Shown piece by piece: positions 35,152 to 44,700 of a stretch of 64,000 nt of DNA. A model generated the notes under the pieces. The model did no database searches, was not told the DNA's origin, and saw only the letters and a program-made list of their open reading frames with translations. The stretch is from assembly GCA_965199825.1 (NCBI GenBank), contig OZ241329.1, positions 1,280,362 through 1,344,361 on the forward strand, written 5' to 3'. The position numbers and the translations under genes were made by a program. The stretch is from Bdellovibrionales bacterium (GTDB lineage Bacteria > Bdellovibrionota > Bdellovibrionia > Bdellovibrionales > UBA1609). Numbering within the stretch: position 1 is the stretch's first letter; each line of letters begins with the position of its first letter.

Positions 35152-36987
35152 ATGATGAGCTTCATTTTTATTTTGTTTAGTTTCTTTGCTTTTGCCCAGC
35201 CGATCGACTCTTGTACCCAAGATCTTACCGATCATTTTCCAAGAACCTGGCGTATTGATCAAAAACAAGTCGATCTCTTTTTGGCTGAGCGTCCTGAAGA
35301 AACGAATTCATTCTTACAATATTCTCAACTGGCCCAATTTGTTGAGGACGAAAAACATGAGGCGTTTTTTGAATGGCTCGGCGTCCAACATTTTTTGAGT
35401 GCGGCTCAAACAGAAGAAATTAATCTGGATCAAAAGATCAAAACATTTCTTAGCCAAAGAAATATTCCGATCTCAGAGGATCCATCAGTTTTACGACAAT
35501 CGGTCATGAATGCGGTGAATGAGGACATAGAAGGCTTTAGGCAAGTTGGCCTTGAAAATTTTAAGCACTTATTTGATGGACCGTTCGAAAGAGTCTTAAA
35601 AAATTACGATCTAGATGTTTATAATTTTGTTTTTGGTAAGCCCGTTCCCCAGTCTTCACTGCGAGCCTTTCTTACAGTTCTTAGTTTATTAAAAGCGAAT
35701 GATCCCGAGATTCATGCTTCAACAGAGGATCTTGATGGCAATTATGAACTGTTCTTTTCGTTGCTCGACGAGGCTAAATTTGAAAAGCCACGGCCTTTTC
35801 CGGCCCTTGATTTTAAATATGATCAGGCAATGCTCAATAAACTGCGTCTTTTTTTAAAGACTCAGGGGTATGAGCTTCCCGAATATTCGACACTCATGAA
35901 ACATTCTCGCTACGTTCAAGTGGATGCAATCACAAAAATCACATCTCAATCTCATGAATTTTTTAATGAGAGGGAATACGATCAAATCACCGAGATTTAC
36001 AAAAATATTGTTTTAAGAAATCCAACTTTTGTTCCTCAAAAGTTTAAATATCTCATCAACGAATTGATTGATGAAAAAAATCAGTTTGTTGTTAAGTATG
36101 GTCTTCCAAAAAAATCGCTCTCGAATCCAAAAAAAATTAGAGAACTGAGCGAAAATTTTCGGCTCTCTACACTTCGCTCGATCTATCTCGCTCGGCTTTT
36201 CGAAGGTTTTTTTACCGATGAAAATGGCTCCGAAATTCCCCATGATAAACTGATCACAACCGAGCGACTGTTTGGGATTCTTTTGGCATCGGCTCCTGAG
36301 GAGATTTCGGTAGATCAAGGGCTTGATCCGCTTGTTCGTAAAGCCTTTGTAAAAGTATTTTTAGAAAAGCCAATTCTTTCGAGCAATGATTACCGAACGA
36401 TGCTGCGTACCCGGTTGAAACAAATCATCGCTTCAAAATTAGCTACGGTTACAAAATCCTTTAAGCTTGATAAAGACCAGAAGGTTGCGCCATCGCAACA
36501 GAATCTGGGGCCGACCCGCGAAGAGCGCAAAGCGAACTATGTGAAGATCGAAAAGACACCTTTGCAAATAGCAGAAGTCGCTGCAGCTCGAAAAATAGTG
36601 GAGATGGAATCAAATTCAGATTTTCTTTCTGAGCTTTTAGATCATCCTCAAGATTTGGCAACTGATCGCGAACGTTTGCTTAAAATGATTCGGCCAGGTG
36701 AGATTATCCCCATTACCCTTAAACGATTTGGGTTTGTTTACAATGTCACATTTTCAAAGCGGGCGCTCGAAGAGTTGACCTCTCCCAGTGCACAGCTGCC
36801 ACAGGATTTTAGACCTTGGCTCAAAGCGATGAGCATGGGGCCTGCGCGCGGTCGGGGTCAAAATGGCTGGAAGAGGGTCAGAGGACATGAGTGGAAAATC
36901 AAGATACTGACTTCACCATATCGTTTGCATAACTATCGTGATAACAAACGGGTCTGGCATTTTACTCAGTTTCAACTCAACCATTAA
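35152..36987 (+). CDS. secreted protein, paralog 2 of the family
   Basis: ATG 35152 gives 'MMSFIFILFSFFAFAQP', co-linear with paralog 1. The ORF-track start at 35023 overlaps paralog 1 and reads through the repeat relic. It has the same N-motif and the same 'RFGFVYNVTFSKRALEEL...HEWKIKILTSPYRLHNYRD' C-terminus. Confidence 0.75.
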   Translation: MMSFIFILFSFFAFAQPIDSCTQDLTDHFPRTWRIDQKQVDLFLAERPEETNSFLQYSQLAQFVEDEKHEAFFEWLGVQHFLSAAQTEEINLDQKIKTFLSQRNIPISEDPSVLRQSVMNAVNEDIEGFRQVGLENFKHLFDGPFERVLKNYDLDVYNFVFGKPVPQSSLRAFLTVLSLLKANDPEIHASTEDLDGNYELFFSLLDEAKFEKPRPFPALDFKYDQAMLNKLRLFLKTQGYELPEYSTLMKHSRYVQVDAITKITSQSHEFFNEREYDQITEIYKNIVLRNPTFVPQKFKYLINELIDEKNQFVVKYGLPKKSLSNPKKIRELSENFRLSTLRSIYLARLFEGFFTDENGSEIPHDKLITTERLFGILLASAPEEISVDQGLDPLVRKAFVKVFLEKPILSSNDYRTMLRTRLKQIIASKLATVTKSFKLDKDQKVAPSQQNLGPTREERKANYVKIEKTPLQIAEVAAARKIVEMESNSDFLSELLDHPQDLATDRERLLKMIRPGEIIPITLKRFGFVYNVTFSKRALEELTSPSAQLPQDFRPWLKAMSMGPARGRGQNGWKRVRGHEWKIKILTSPYRLHNYRDNKRVWHFTQFQLNH

Positions 36988-36992
36988 AAAAG

Positions 36993-38705
36993 ATGATCAC
37001 ACCAATACTCTTCTTTTTATTTAGTTTCTTTGCTTCCGCTCAACCTGTTGATTCTTGTCTTCAGAGTCTGACCGATTATTTTCCACGCACCTGGCGCATC
37101 GATCAAAAACAAGTGGAGCAATACTTAATTCGGCATCCCGATCAGGCGGCGCTGTTTCAAAAGTATTCTTGGTTTGCATCGTTTATTGAGGCTAAAGAGA
37201 ATCAATCTTTATTTGATTGGCTTGGAACCCAATATTATTTAAGCGCTGCGGATCGAATTCAAACTGACAGTAAACAGACTACAGAAAAATATGTGGCGGC
37301 AGCAGCGGAGCAGTTAAAGCTCAACTCCGATGAAATCGAAAAGATGAAGTTGGTCACTCATTCGCAAATCAATTTCGATGTGGATGCAATGGAAGCCCAA
37401 GGCCTTCATGGAGTCAGATTCTTTTTTGAAGGCGCTGGAGTCGAGGTTCTCAAAGCCTATGATTTAGGACCTGAAAATTTTAAACTCCAAACCCGTGTCC
37501 CAAAATCTTCGCTGCGGGTTTACCTCACCGTGCAACAACTTCTTTATTCGCGAGATCCTTCGGTGCACGCCGCAATGGAAAAATTGACCGAGAATTTTGA
37601 TTTGTTTTTTTCGCTTCTGGGGCCAGCCGATTTTGAAGAGGCAAAGCCATTTCCTATTCTCTCAACCGATTATGATCCAAAAAAAGTAAAGCAGATCGAA
37701 GTTTTTTTGAAGTCGCGAGGATATATCTTACCGAGCTTTGTTGACTACACCATACACTCTTCGGCTGCTCGAAACTACGTGGTGAATTTGATCTTAAGAT
37801 CTTTTAAGCAAAACCTGAGTCGTGAAGAGCTCGACGAGTTTTTGCTTATTTATAAGAAAAGTGTTTTGGGCGAAGCCCCACCGGTTCCGCCAAAATATCA
37901 AGAGATCAATCGGCTGTTGATTGCCGAATACACTCATGCGGGAACGTTGATCCGCCAACTGATGCCCACAGTAACAAGTCCAAAAAAAGTCAAAGAGCTC
38001 TATCAAGATTATTTGATCGATATGATCAATTTTATTCATTCGGTACGGATCAACAGTCTTGTTAGAGTTGAAAATGCAACGGTGAGCTCATCAATTTTAT
38101 TTTATCTTATCGCTCTATCGAACTTTGCCGACTTAACCCAGGATCGGGGGCTTGAGCCTTTGATTTACAAATCATTTGTGCACTTGGTTTTAAAAAAGCC
38201 TTTATTATCTGCCGATGATTATCGCGCGATGCTCAGGCGAGGCCTCAAGGAAAAAATCTCTGCGATCCTCAAACAGGATGTTGAGCCCAAAAAAGATTTA
38301 TTGGTTGCGAGCGTTCAACCTCTTGAGCTCCCAAAGTTGATGGTGAATGAAAAACGTCAAGCTCCTCCAGCAAAAAAAAATAAACCTGCCGAGACTCAAG
38401 AGATCGAAATTCCTGTGGGAATTGTTCCAGAGAAAATTGAGCCCAATATTCCCATCCAGATCGTGATCAAACCTTTTGGATTTGTGTACCGAGCCTCTTT
38501 TTCTGAAGCTGTTGTTTCTGAGCTTTCGACGCCCTGGCGTGAGGCTCTTGCACGAGGACCGGCGCGGGATCAGAGTCGAGACGGGTGGAAGCAGGTGCGG
38601 GATTACGAGTGGCAAATCACTTTGCCCAACTCGCATCAGCGCTTAGTGGGATACCGAGATCCATCAGGGCTTTGGTATTTTACCCATTTTGTTTTTGATC
38701 ACTGA
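36993..38705 (+). CDS. secreted protein, paralog 3 (more divergent)
   Basis: 'MITPILFFLFSFFASAQPVDSCLQSLTDYFPRTWRIDQKQ'. C-terminus 'FGFVYRASFSEAVVSEL...GWKQVRDYEWQITLPNSHQRLVGYRDPSGLWYFTHF'. It starts 5 nt after paralog 2. Confidence 0.75.
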   Translation: MITPILFFLFSFFASAQPVDSCLQSLTDYFPRTWRIDQKQVEQYLIRHPDQAALFQKYSWFASFIEAKENQSLFDWLGTQYYLSAADRIQTDSKQTTEKYVAAAAEQLKLNSDEIEKMKLVTHSQINFDVDAMEAQGLHGVRFFFEGAGVEVLKAYDLGPENFKLQTRVPKSSLRVYLTVQQLLYSRDPSVHAAMEKLTENFDLFFSLLGPADFEEAKPFPILSTDYDPKKVKQIEVFLKSRGYILPSFVDYTIHSSAARNYVVNLILRSFKQNLSREELDEFLLIYKKSVLGEAPPVPPKYQEINRLLIAEYTHAGTLIRQLMPTVTSPKKVKELYQDYLIDMINFIHSVRINSLVRVENATVSSSILFYLIALSNFADLTQDRGLEPLIYKSFVHLVLKKPLLSADDYRAMLRRGLKEKISAILKQDVEPKKDLLVASVQPLELPKLMVNEKRQAPPAKKNKPAETQEIEIPVGIVPEKIEPNIPIQIVIKPFGFVYRASFSEAVVSELSTPWREALARGPARDQSRDGWKQVRDYEWQITLPNSHQRLVGYRDPSGLWYFTHFVFDH

Positions 38706-39381
38706 TTTTGTAACGCAACCACAACACACCACCTTCGAGTCGTTTCACCGAAGCCAATTTCATTTTTGTGATCGGCCTTTTGGTATAGCCCTTTTCAACA
38801 TCAAACAGGGTTGGTGTTTCGGTTGAGCCATCGGCATAGGGCATAACGAGTTGGCTCAGCTCATCAATCAATTTTGATTTTAAAAAGCTTCCGTTAATGA
38901 TGCCGCCGCCTTCAAGCAAAAGTCGTTTGATTCCAAAAAGCGATTTTAATTTTTTCAGTGCGACCGAAAGGTCGATCTCTTTTTTACCCGCAAAAATATA
39001 GGACACTTTTTTTTGCTGGAGATGTTCAAGATACGAGTTCGAAACATTTTCGCTCAAGATCTCGATCACGTGATCTCCTGTAATCGAATTCGAATCCCAG
39101 AGGCATTTGCCAGCTCGATCAATCACAATTGCAAAGGACTGCGCCTGAAGATCGCCAACGAAATCTCGTTTTATAATTGTGCCCTTGGTCTTGGGCAGTT
39201 TTATTTTTGAGCTCGAAAAACCTTGCATTGATGTTCGACCAATAATCCAGCCGTCGCCTTTTAATTTTTTATGGCAACTTTCATAAAGGCGATGAATGTT
39301 TGTATCTTTTGGCCAAAGGGTCGGCTTAATTTTTCCATCAACGGTTGTTGTCATATGACAAATAACATAAGGGCGTTTCAT
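38680..39381 (-). CDS. RibD C-terminal domain / dihydrofolate-reductase-like family protein
   Basis: 'MKRPYVICHMTTTVDGKI' and 'LLLEGGGIINGSFLKSKLIDELSQLVMP' match the bifunctional deaminase-reductase C-domain pattern. It has a 26-nt convergent overlap with paralog 3. Confidence 0.7.
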   Translation of the reverse strand: MKRPYVICHMTTTVDGKIKPTLWPKDTNIHRLYESCHKKLKGDGWIIGRTSMQGFSSSKIKLPKTKGTIIKRDFVGDLQAQSFAIVIDRAGKCLWDSNSITGDHVIEILSENVSNSYLEHLQQKKVSYIFAGKKEIDLSVALKKLKSLFGIKRLLLEGGGIINGSFLKSKLIDELSQLVMPYADGSTETPTLFDVEKGYTKRPITKMKLASVKRLEGGVLWLRYKISDQKQNG

Positions 39382-39390
39382 AAAATTCCT

Positions 39391-40884
39391 TTAATGTGAA
39401 TACTTCTGCAATACCTGATACTGCGGCGCCGTTGGGGATTCAATCGAGTAAGCATAATTTCCCCACCAGGGGCCAGCGGCCCAGTAGGTCACTTCAATGC
39501 CATGATTCTGCATAAATAAAAGTGCTTTATCAAGACTGACATTCCAGTTGAGGTTGTCATTCCCAACTCCGGTTTCACCAAGATGACAAGCAACCCGGTG
39601 GGCTTCGCACCATAATGCGAAAGGTCGAATGCGATCAACAAGCGTATCAGTGTTCACACCCAATTGAGCTTCATCATTCCAGTTGTAGTGTGTTCCGGAG
39701 GAGTCATGATCGGCGTAGGCATGGGCCGAGTAGACAATATGATCTGATGGATCTTGCAGAGGAAATGTTGGATTTTGATTATTCCAGTCGGCAGCGTTAG
39801 AATAGAAATTTCCCTCAACGTAAATTAGCACCGAGCTGTCAATCGAGCGAATCGCATTGACCGCATCTTGTGCGGACTCAGCCCAGACAGTTTCTGAAGG
39901 CATGGCGTTGGGCTCATTCATTAAATCGTATCCACCAACGCCCGCTTGATTTTTGAATTCAGAAGCCAATCTTTTCCAGAGATCGGCAAGATCAGCCGCG
40001 GTCACTTGACCTCCGCCGATCACATTGCCCCGATACCTCGCGTAGTTATGGATATCGAGCAAAACACGCATTGATTTTGAGCTCGCATAATTTAAAATAT
40101 GACGAATCTGATTTAAATAGATTGTATTTAACTCAGCCTGAAGCGTGGGTTGAAGTCGTTCCCAACTTAAGGGCAAACGAATTAGGTTAAGATGTGAGCT
40201 CTGGTAGGAATCGATTTCGCTGTCGGTGATAAGAGCGTAGTCAGTGCCTGCTGCTCCCGGGAATTGCGAACCGTATTCCATCCCGCTTGCATTAACACCT
40301 AGTTGAAATTGACCCTTGATAAAACCATCAGAAGGGTAGGGAGTGGGTACGGCACTCGTTGCAGCAACTGCACTCAGCCCGAACTGATTCCAAAAATGCA
40401 GGGTGGAAAAGTCGGAGCTAAATGCTGCAAAAATAAAATAGTATGTGCCCAAGGCTGCGGATGTTGGAAAAGTGTAGCTCATCGTAAACTGTTGTGTTTC
40501 GCCAGTGGTAAAAATTTGGGGTTCAGAGGTTTGACTCAAAGTGTTTCCATTAGCGTCGCGGACCTCGATTCGGATGACATAATCGCCAGCTTTGATTGCT
40601 GTTATTTTTCCGGTAGCTGTCACACTCGAGCCCACACGCACTTTTGTGGCTGAGAGCATGTGAGAGGTGAGATTGATATTTGGAGTTGTTGGAGCGTCTT
40701 CGGTCCATAAGGAGTAATCATTGGATTGTCTGAGTGTGCCGGCTTGCGGTGCCGACGAGGACAATCCACTTGTTGCATTTTGAAGCGCATGAAATTGCCC
40801 GGAGCTACAGTTATTAAATAAAAAAAGATTTGCGAGGGCGATCAAAACTAAGGAGATCTTTTTGAATATTTGGAGTCGTTTCAT
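39391..40884 (-). CDS. secreted glycoside hydrolase family 5 (cellulase-type) with N-terminal Ig-like domain
   Basis: Lipobox-like 'LFNNCSS'. GH5 motifs 'NLIRLPLSWERLQP', 'DIHNYARY', acid/base 'YDLMNEPN', 'HAYAD' and nucleophile 'HLGETGVG'. Confidence 0.8.
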   Translation of the reverse strand: MKRLQIFKKISLVLIALANLFLFNNCSSGQFHALQNATSGLSSSAPQAGTLRQSNDYSLWTEDAPTTPNINLTSHMLSATKVRVGSSVTATGKITAIKAGDYVIRIEVRDANGNTLSQTSEPQIFTTGETQQFTMSYTFPTSAALGTYYFIFAAFSSDFSTLHFWNQFGLSAVAATSAVPTPYPSDGFIKGQFQLGVNASGMEYGSQFPGAAGTDYALITDSEIDSYQSSHLNLIRLPLSWERLQPTLQAELNTIYLNQIRHILNYASSKSMRVLLDIHNYARYRGNVIGGGQVTAADLADLWKRLASEFKNQAGVGGYDLMNEPNAMPSETVWAESAQDAVNAIRSIDSSVLIYVEGNFYSNAADWNNQNPTFPLQDPSDHIVYSAHAYADHDSSGTHYNWNDEAQLGVNTDTLVDRIRPFALWCEAHRVACHLGETGVGNDNLNWNVSLDKALLFMQNHGIEVTYWAAGPWWGNYAYSIESPTAPQYQVLQKYSH

Positions 40885-40953
40885 TTTAAAACCTTTAGTC
40901 TTTATCGACCATTGGCCGGGATTTCTTAAACGGTGTTTTAAATTGAGACAGAG

Positions 40954-41742
40954 TTAATTCAATCCGCAAGATTGTTGATCGTATATTGTTTTAATTTCTT
41001 TTGCCAAAAGTGCTGTGTTCCACACTGCAGCTTCGGCAATCGTTCCTGATGTCCAATACGCATAACCAGTGTGACCACCAATTTGTAATGTGTAGGTCGA
41101 AGAACTTGTCCACGTGGTACTCGCTGTCCCGTCAGCACGTCCATTGACATAATAGGTGATCGAAGACCCATTGATTACAGCAGCAATAAAATACCATTTT
41201 GCTAATTGCAGCGTAGTTTGCCCAGACGCGCCCGAACCAAAAACAATCTGACCAGGAGGATGTCCATAAGATCCAACTACTCCAAAAATGACATTGTTTG
41301 GACCTGATCTTTGATCGATCACGTAGTTGACGAGACTGGTGTTGTAAGCCGCAAGTTTGATCCATGCACTAAAAGTTAAACCACTTCCGCCTGCAGAACT
41401 GCCAAAGTTCAAAGTGCTTGATGCGGGCACTCCAATGTATCCTGTCGATCCATCGAACAAAGCAGCAGTCGTTCCCACTCGGCCTGGTACTCCTAATGTT
41501 GTTCCACTTTGCGGCACTCCAGTATTTGTAGCGATCGAGGAAGAGTCTGTGACACTTGTTGCTCCATAACTCTCTGCTAAGGTCCAATACCCTACGAGAT
41601 GTGACCACTGCGGTGTCCAACCTGACTTTAATTTATAGCAAGCTCCGCCTGCACCAATCATTGCTGTGAGCGAACTTGTTGGTTGAGCCAGAACAGCAGA
41701 GGGCAGACATAGAATAAAAACTTGAACTAAATAATTTCTCAT
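40954..41742 (-). CDS. LamG (concanavalin-A-like lectin, Laminin_G_3-type) domain protein
   Basis: 'LVGYWTLAES...DSS...ALFDGSTGYIGVP...LTFSAWIKL...WYFIAAVINGSSITYYVNG...LQIGG...GTIAEAAVWNTALLAKEIKTIY'. ATG 41742 overlaps the stop of the 1638-aa fibre gene as ATGA. Signal peptide 'VFILCLPSAVLAQP'. Confidence 0.7.
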   Translation of the reverse strand: MRNYLVQVFILCLPSAVLAQPTSSLTAMIGAGGACYKLKSGWTPQWSHLVGYWTLAESYGATSVTDSSSIATNTGVPQSGTTLGVPGRVGTTAALFDGSTGYIGVPASSTLNFGSSAGGSGLTFSAWIKLAAYNTSLVNYVIDQRSGPNNVIFGVVGSYGHPPGQIVFGSGASGQTTLQLAKWYFIAAVINGSSITYYVNGRADGTASTTWTSSSTYTLQIGGHTGYAYWTSGTIAEAAVWNTALLAKEIKTIYDQQSCGLN

Positions 41743-44700
41743 TGATACCCACTCGCCCAAGTGACATAGCAGTCATAAGTTGAACCATTATATATTGTTG
41801 TCATAGTGATCAGCGTTCCACCAGAACCAGTTGTTACAATGGTATTGGCCGCCGACGACAAGGGTTTGTATTTGATTGATCCACAACTGGCCGCTGAGAA
41901 AACAATATTGATTGAGGCGGTGTCTTTAAAAGAGATCAAATAATTTGCTCCATTTGCAGGAGTTCCGGTAAAGGTGAGTGCCACAGTATCATTTGCAACC
42001 GCAAAGGTCGGACTAATCGAAAATGCATTGGTTGCTGAAAAAGCTAAATTTGCTGCCCAACTTGGACTTGATCCCGTGACGCTTGGACTACTCTGAAGAC
42101 TGACGATGGCTCCATTCACAGTCAGCGCAGTGGTGGGCGAAGATGTGCCGATCCCCACATTGCCGCTCACGATCATTCCATTTGTGGGTGCTGCAAGCAC
42201 ACCACCGTAGGTGCCGAAGGAAGCACTGCCTGCGACGTCGAGGGTTGAAGTGTTGCTGGATGTATTGACCCCGAGACGTGAGCCTGCGCTGTTAGTAATA
42301 TTATAATTGAGAGTACTTCCAGAATTGCCCGAAATCCCTCCGGCATTGGAATAGAATCGAACGCCACCGCCGTAATAAATCAGACTTCCACCACTGGTGA
42401 TATCTAGATTTCCATAAACAGTAAGTGTTGGGTCACTTGCCGAAGTTTCGGCCTTGGCGGTCCCACCGATCGCCATCCAGCCTTGCACATCGGCCGAGCC
42501 GGAGACATCTAAGTTGTTTTGAGGATTACTTGTACCAATCCCCACATTGCCTGATGAATCCACGCGCATTCTCTCAGGCGCATAAGAGTTGTTTATATTT
42601 GTGGTATGAAAAGCAATGTGTCCGTCACCGGCTGCAGCGGTGAGGAGAAGTTGTGCTTGTGCCTTTGAAGCGTCTGTAACTACCCCGTCTGAGATGCGGC
42701 GATTTGAAGAGAGCCCAAAATTATCGCCGTAGGTTCCCAAATAAATTTTGTTGCTGGTGTTTGATGCAACGGCAAGATCTGTATTTGCTGATGCACCGAC
42801 CTGAAGTTGGGCCCCTGGCGATGTTGTTCCAATACCCACATTACCACTCACAATCAAACCATTCGCAGGTGCTGCTGTTACGCCTGCATAACTTCCAACC
42901 GACATTCCACCCGTTACATCCAATGAAGATTTGGGAGCAGCAGTTGCTCCGACGTTGATGGGGCTTGAGATATAATTGTTTGCGCCTCCGTTTGCTTCAC
43001 CTAAACGAAATCCATTTCCTGTCACATAGCCATGACTGTAGGCCGTGCCCATGCAGAGATCACTAATGCAAAGACCATCGGCATTGATTCCACCCACAAC
43101 TGAAAGAGTATTTGTGGGCGAGGTCGTTCCTATTCCAACTTTTCCATTTTTTAAAATTTGAAACGCGGTCGAAGGAGTCGACGCGCTTTGCCCATTCCCA
43201 ATCACGAATAAGGGATCGGTGGCCACCCATGCGTTGGCGGTCTCGCCGCCGTAAGTGTTGTACGTCCCCATAACGGTTTCGTTGTATGCGGGCGCCTTAA
43301 CAGCTGATCCGATGGCGACTGCGCTTTGCCCATTTGCTTGACTTGAAGAACCCAATGCAAGGCTTGCATAGCCTGAAGCATTATTCGCAGTTCCAAGTGC
43401 AACCGAATTTGATCCCGAAGTCTGACTCCCATATCCTAATGCAATCGAAGCAAGTCCGCGCGATGTGCTCGTGTTCGATTGAACCGAACCATCGTTCATC
43501 ACTGTGAAAGCCGAAGTCCCATTCGAAAGAATATTTAGATTGGATGAGCGCACAAGGCATCCATTGTGAGGCACGGCGGATGTTCCTAATTGACCACGCG
43601 AAACTCCGGTAAATGAATTTGATGTGAGTCCCGTGTAGGAGACCGCTTCGGAGTCGAGCCATAAAATTCCAGAAGAGCCGAATCCAGTGGTTGAACTTAC
43701 GGGAATGACAGTGACCGTATTATCGATCGAACCTGCAAAGGTGCCAGCAACAAGGCTTGATGCCGAATTCACTCTGAGACTTCCAGTCACCTCTAGTGTT
43801 TCATTCGGAGTGACCGTTCCAATACCGACCCGACCACCACCCTGAATAGTCATCAACGGGGTTGCGGTGCCCGTATTTGAATAATCGTAGAATCGAAAAC
43901 CACCAACCGTTCCGTATCCACGATTAGCTATGAAGTCGCTTTCACCGTCGCCACCCGAATAATTAGATCCAATCAAATTTTTCCCCTGGAATTCAAGTTT
44001 GGTGAGATCAATAGATGGAGAAAGATTTGGATCCAAATTTCCATTTGGTCCCCCTAAACTGACGACGCCAGAAATATCTAAATTATAACGGGGTGATGTG
44101 GTTCCGATTCCAACACTCCCACCGGTCGCCAAAAGATTTCCGTTGGTGATCGCAACATCACCCCCGCCAAACGCAGAGGGTCCAAAGGATTTGATTGAAA
44201 CTGTATTAAACCCATTGCCTTGACTGATATTAAGAACGCCATTGCCGTAATTATTAAACGCGTTGATCACCGAGTTTGGCCCGTTCGGTACGGTCAATTG
44301 GCCAACATTTGCGGTCCCTGCCACATCGAGTTTGCCACCCATACTAGAATTGTTTGTAACCGTGAGGCCAGTGCCTGTGCCGCTGGCGGTGACTGGTCCA
44401 GAAAAAGTTTCTGTTCCTGCAATTGTCTGGTTGCCCGAAGTGTTGAGCAGTGACCCGTAGGCTCCTCCGTTTTGTGACAACATTAATTGGTTGGAGGTGG
44501 AATCGAAATACATGCGGGCTTGGGCGCTGGGTGCGACCGAAGGCGCAATCGTTCCTCGAAGCGAAATCGCACCGTTAACATCGAAAGTTGAGGCGGGTGA
44601 TGTGGTGCCGATGCCGACATTTCCGCTTGAAGTAATTCTCATCGCTTCGCTTAAAGCTGTAGCATTCGGCCCAACATCAAATGCGATGATTCCATTTGTT

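Noticed and set aside
1727-38390. Homopolymer tracts of about 9 nt inside coding regions (T9 at about 1728-1736, A/T9 at about 12676-12684, A9 at about 33325-33333, A9 at about 38376-38384), considered as phase-variation switches
   Set aside because: Tracts of this length are expected in an AT-leaning genome and encode ordinary Lys/Phe runs. There is no evidence of frameshifted copies in this window.
8297-38705. Convergent gene-end overlaps (8297-8300, 12050-12053, 27760-27763, 38680-38705, 63724-63744), considered as evidence of mis-called ORFs
   Set aside because: In each case both partners have independent support from motifs or signal peptides. Overlapping stops such as ttaa or ctag palindromes are common in compact genomes.
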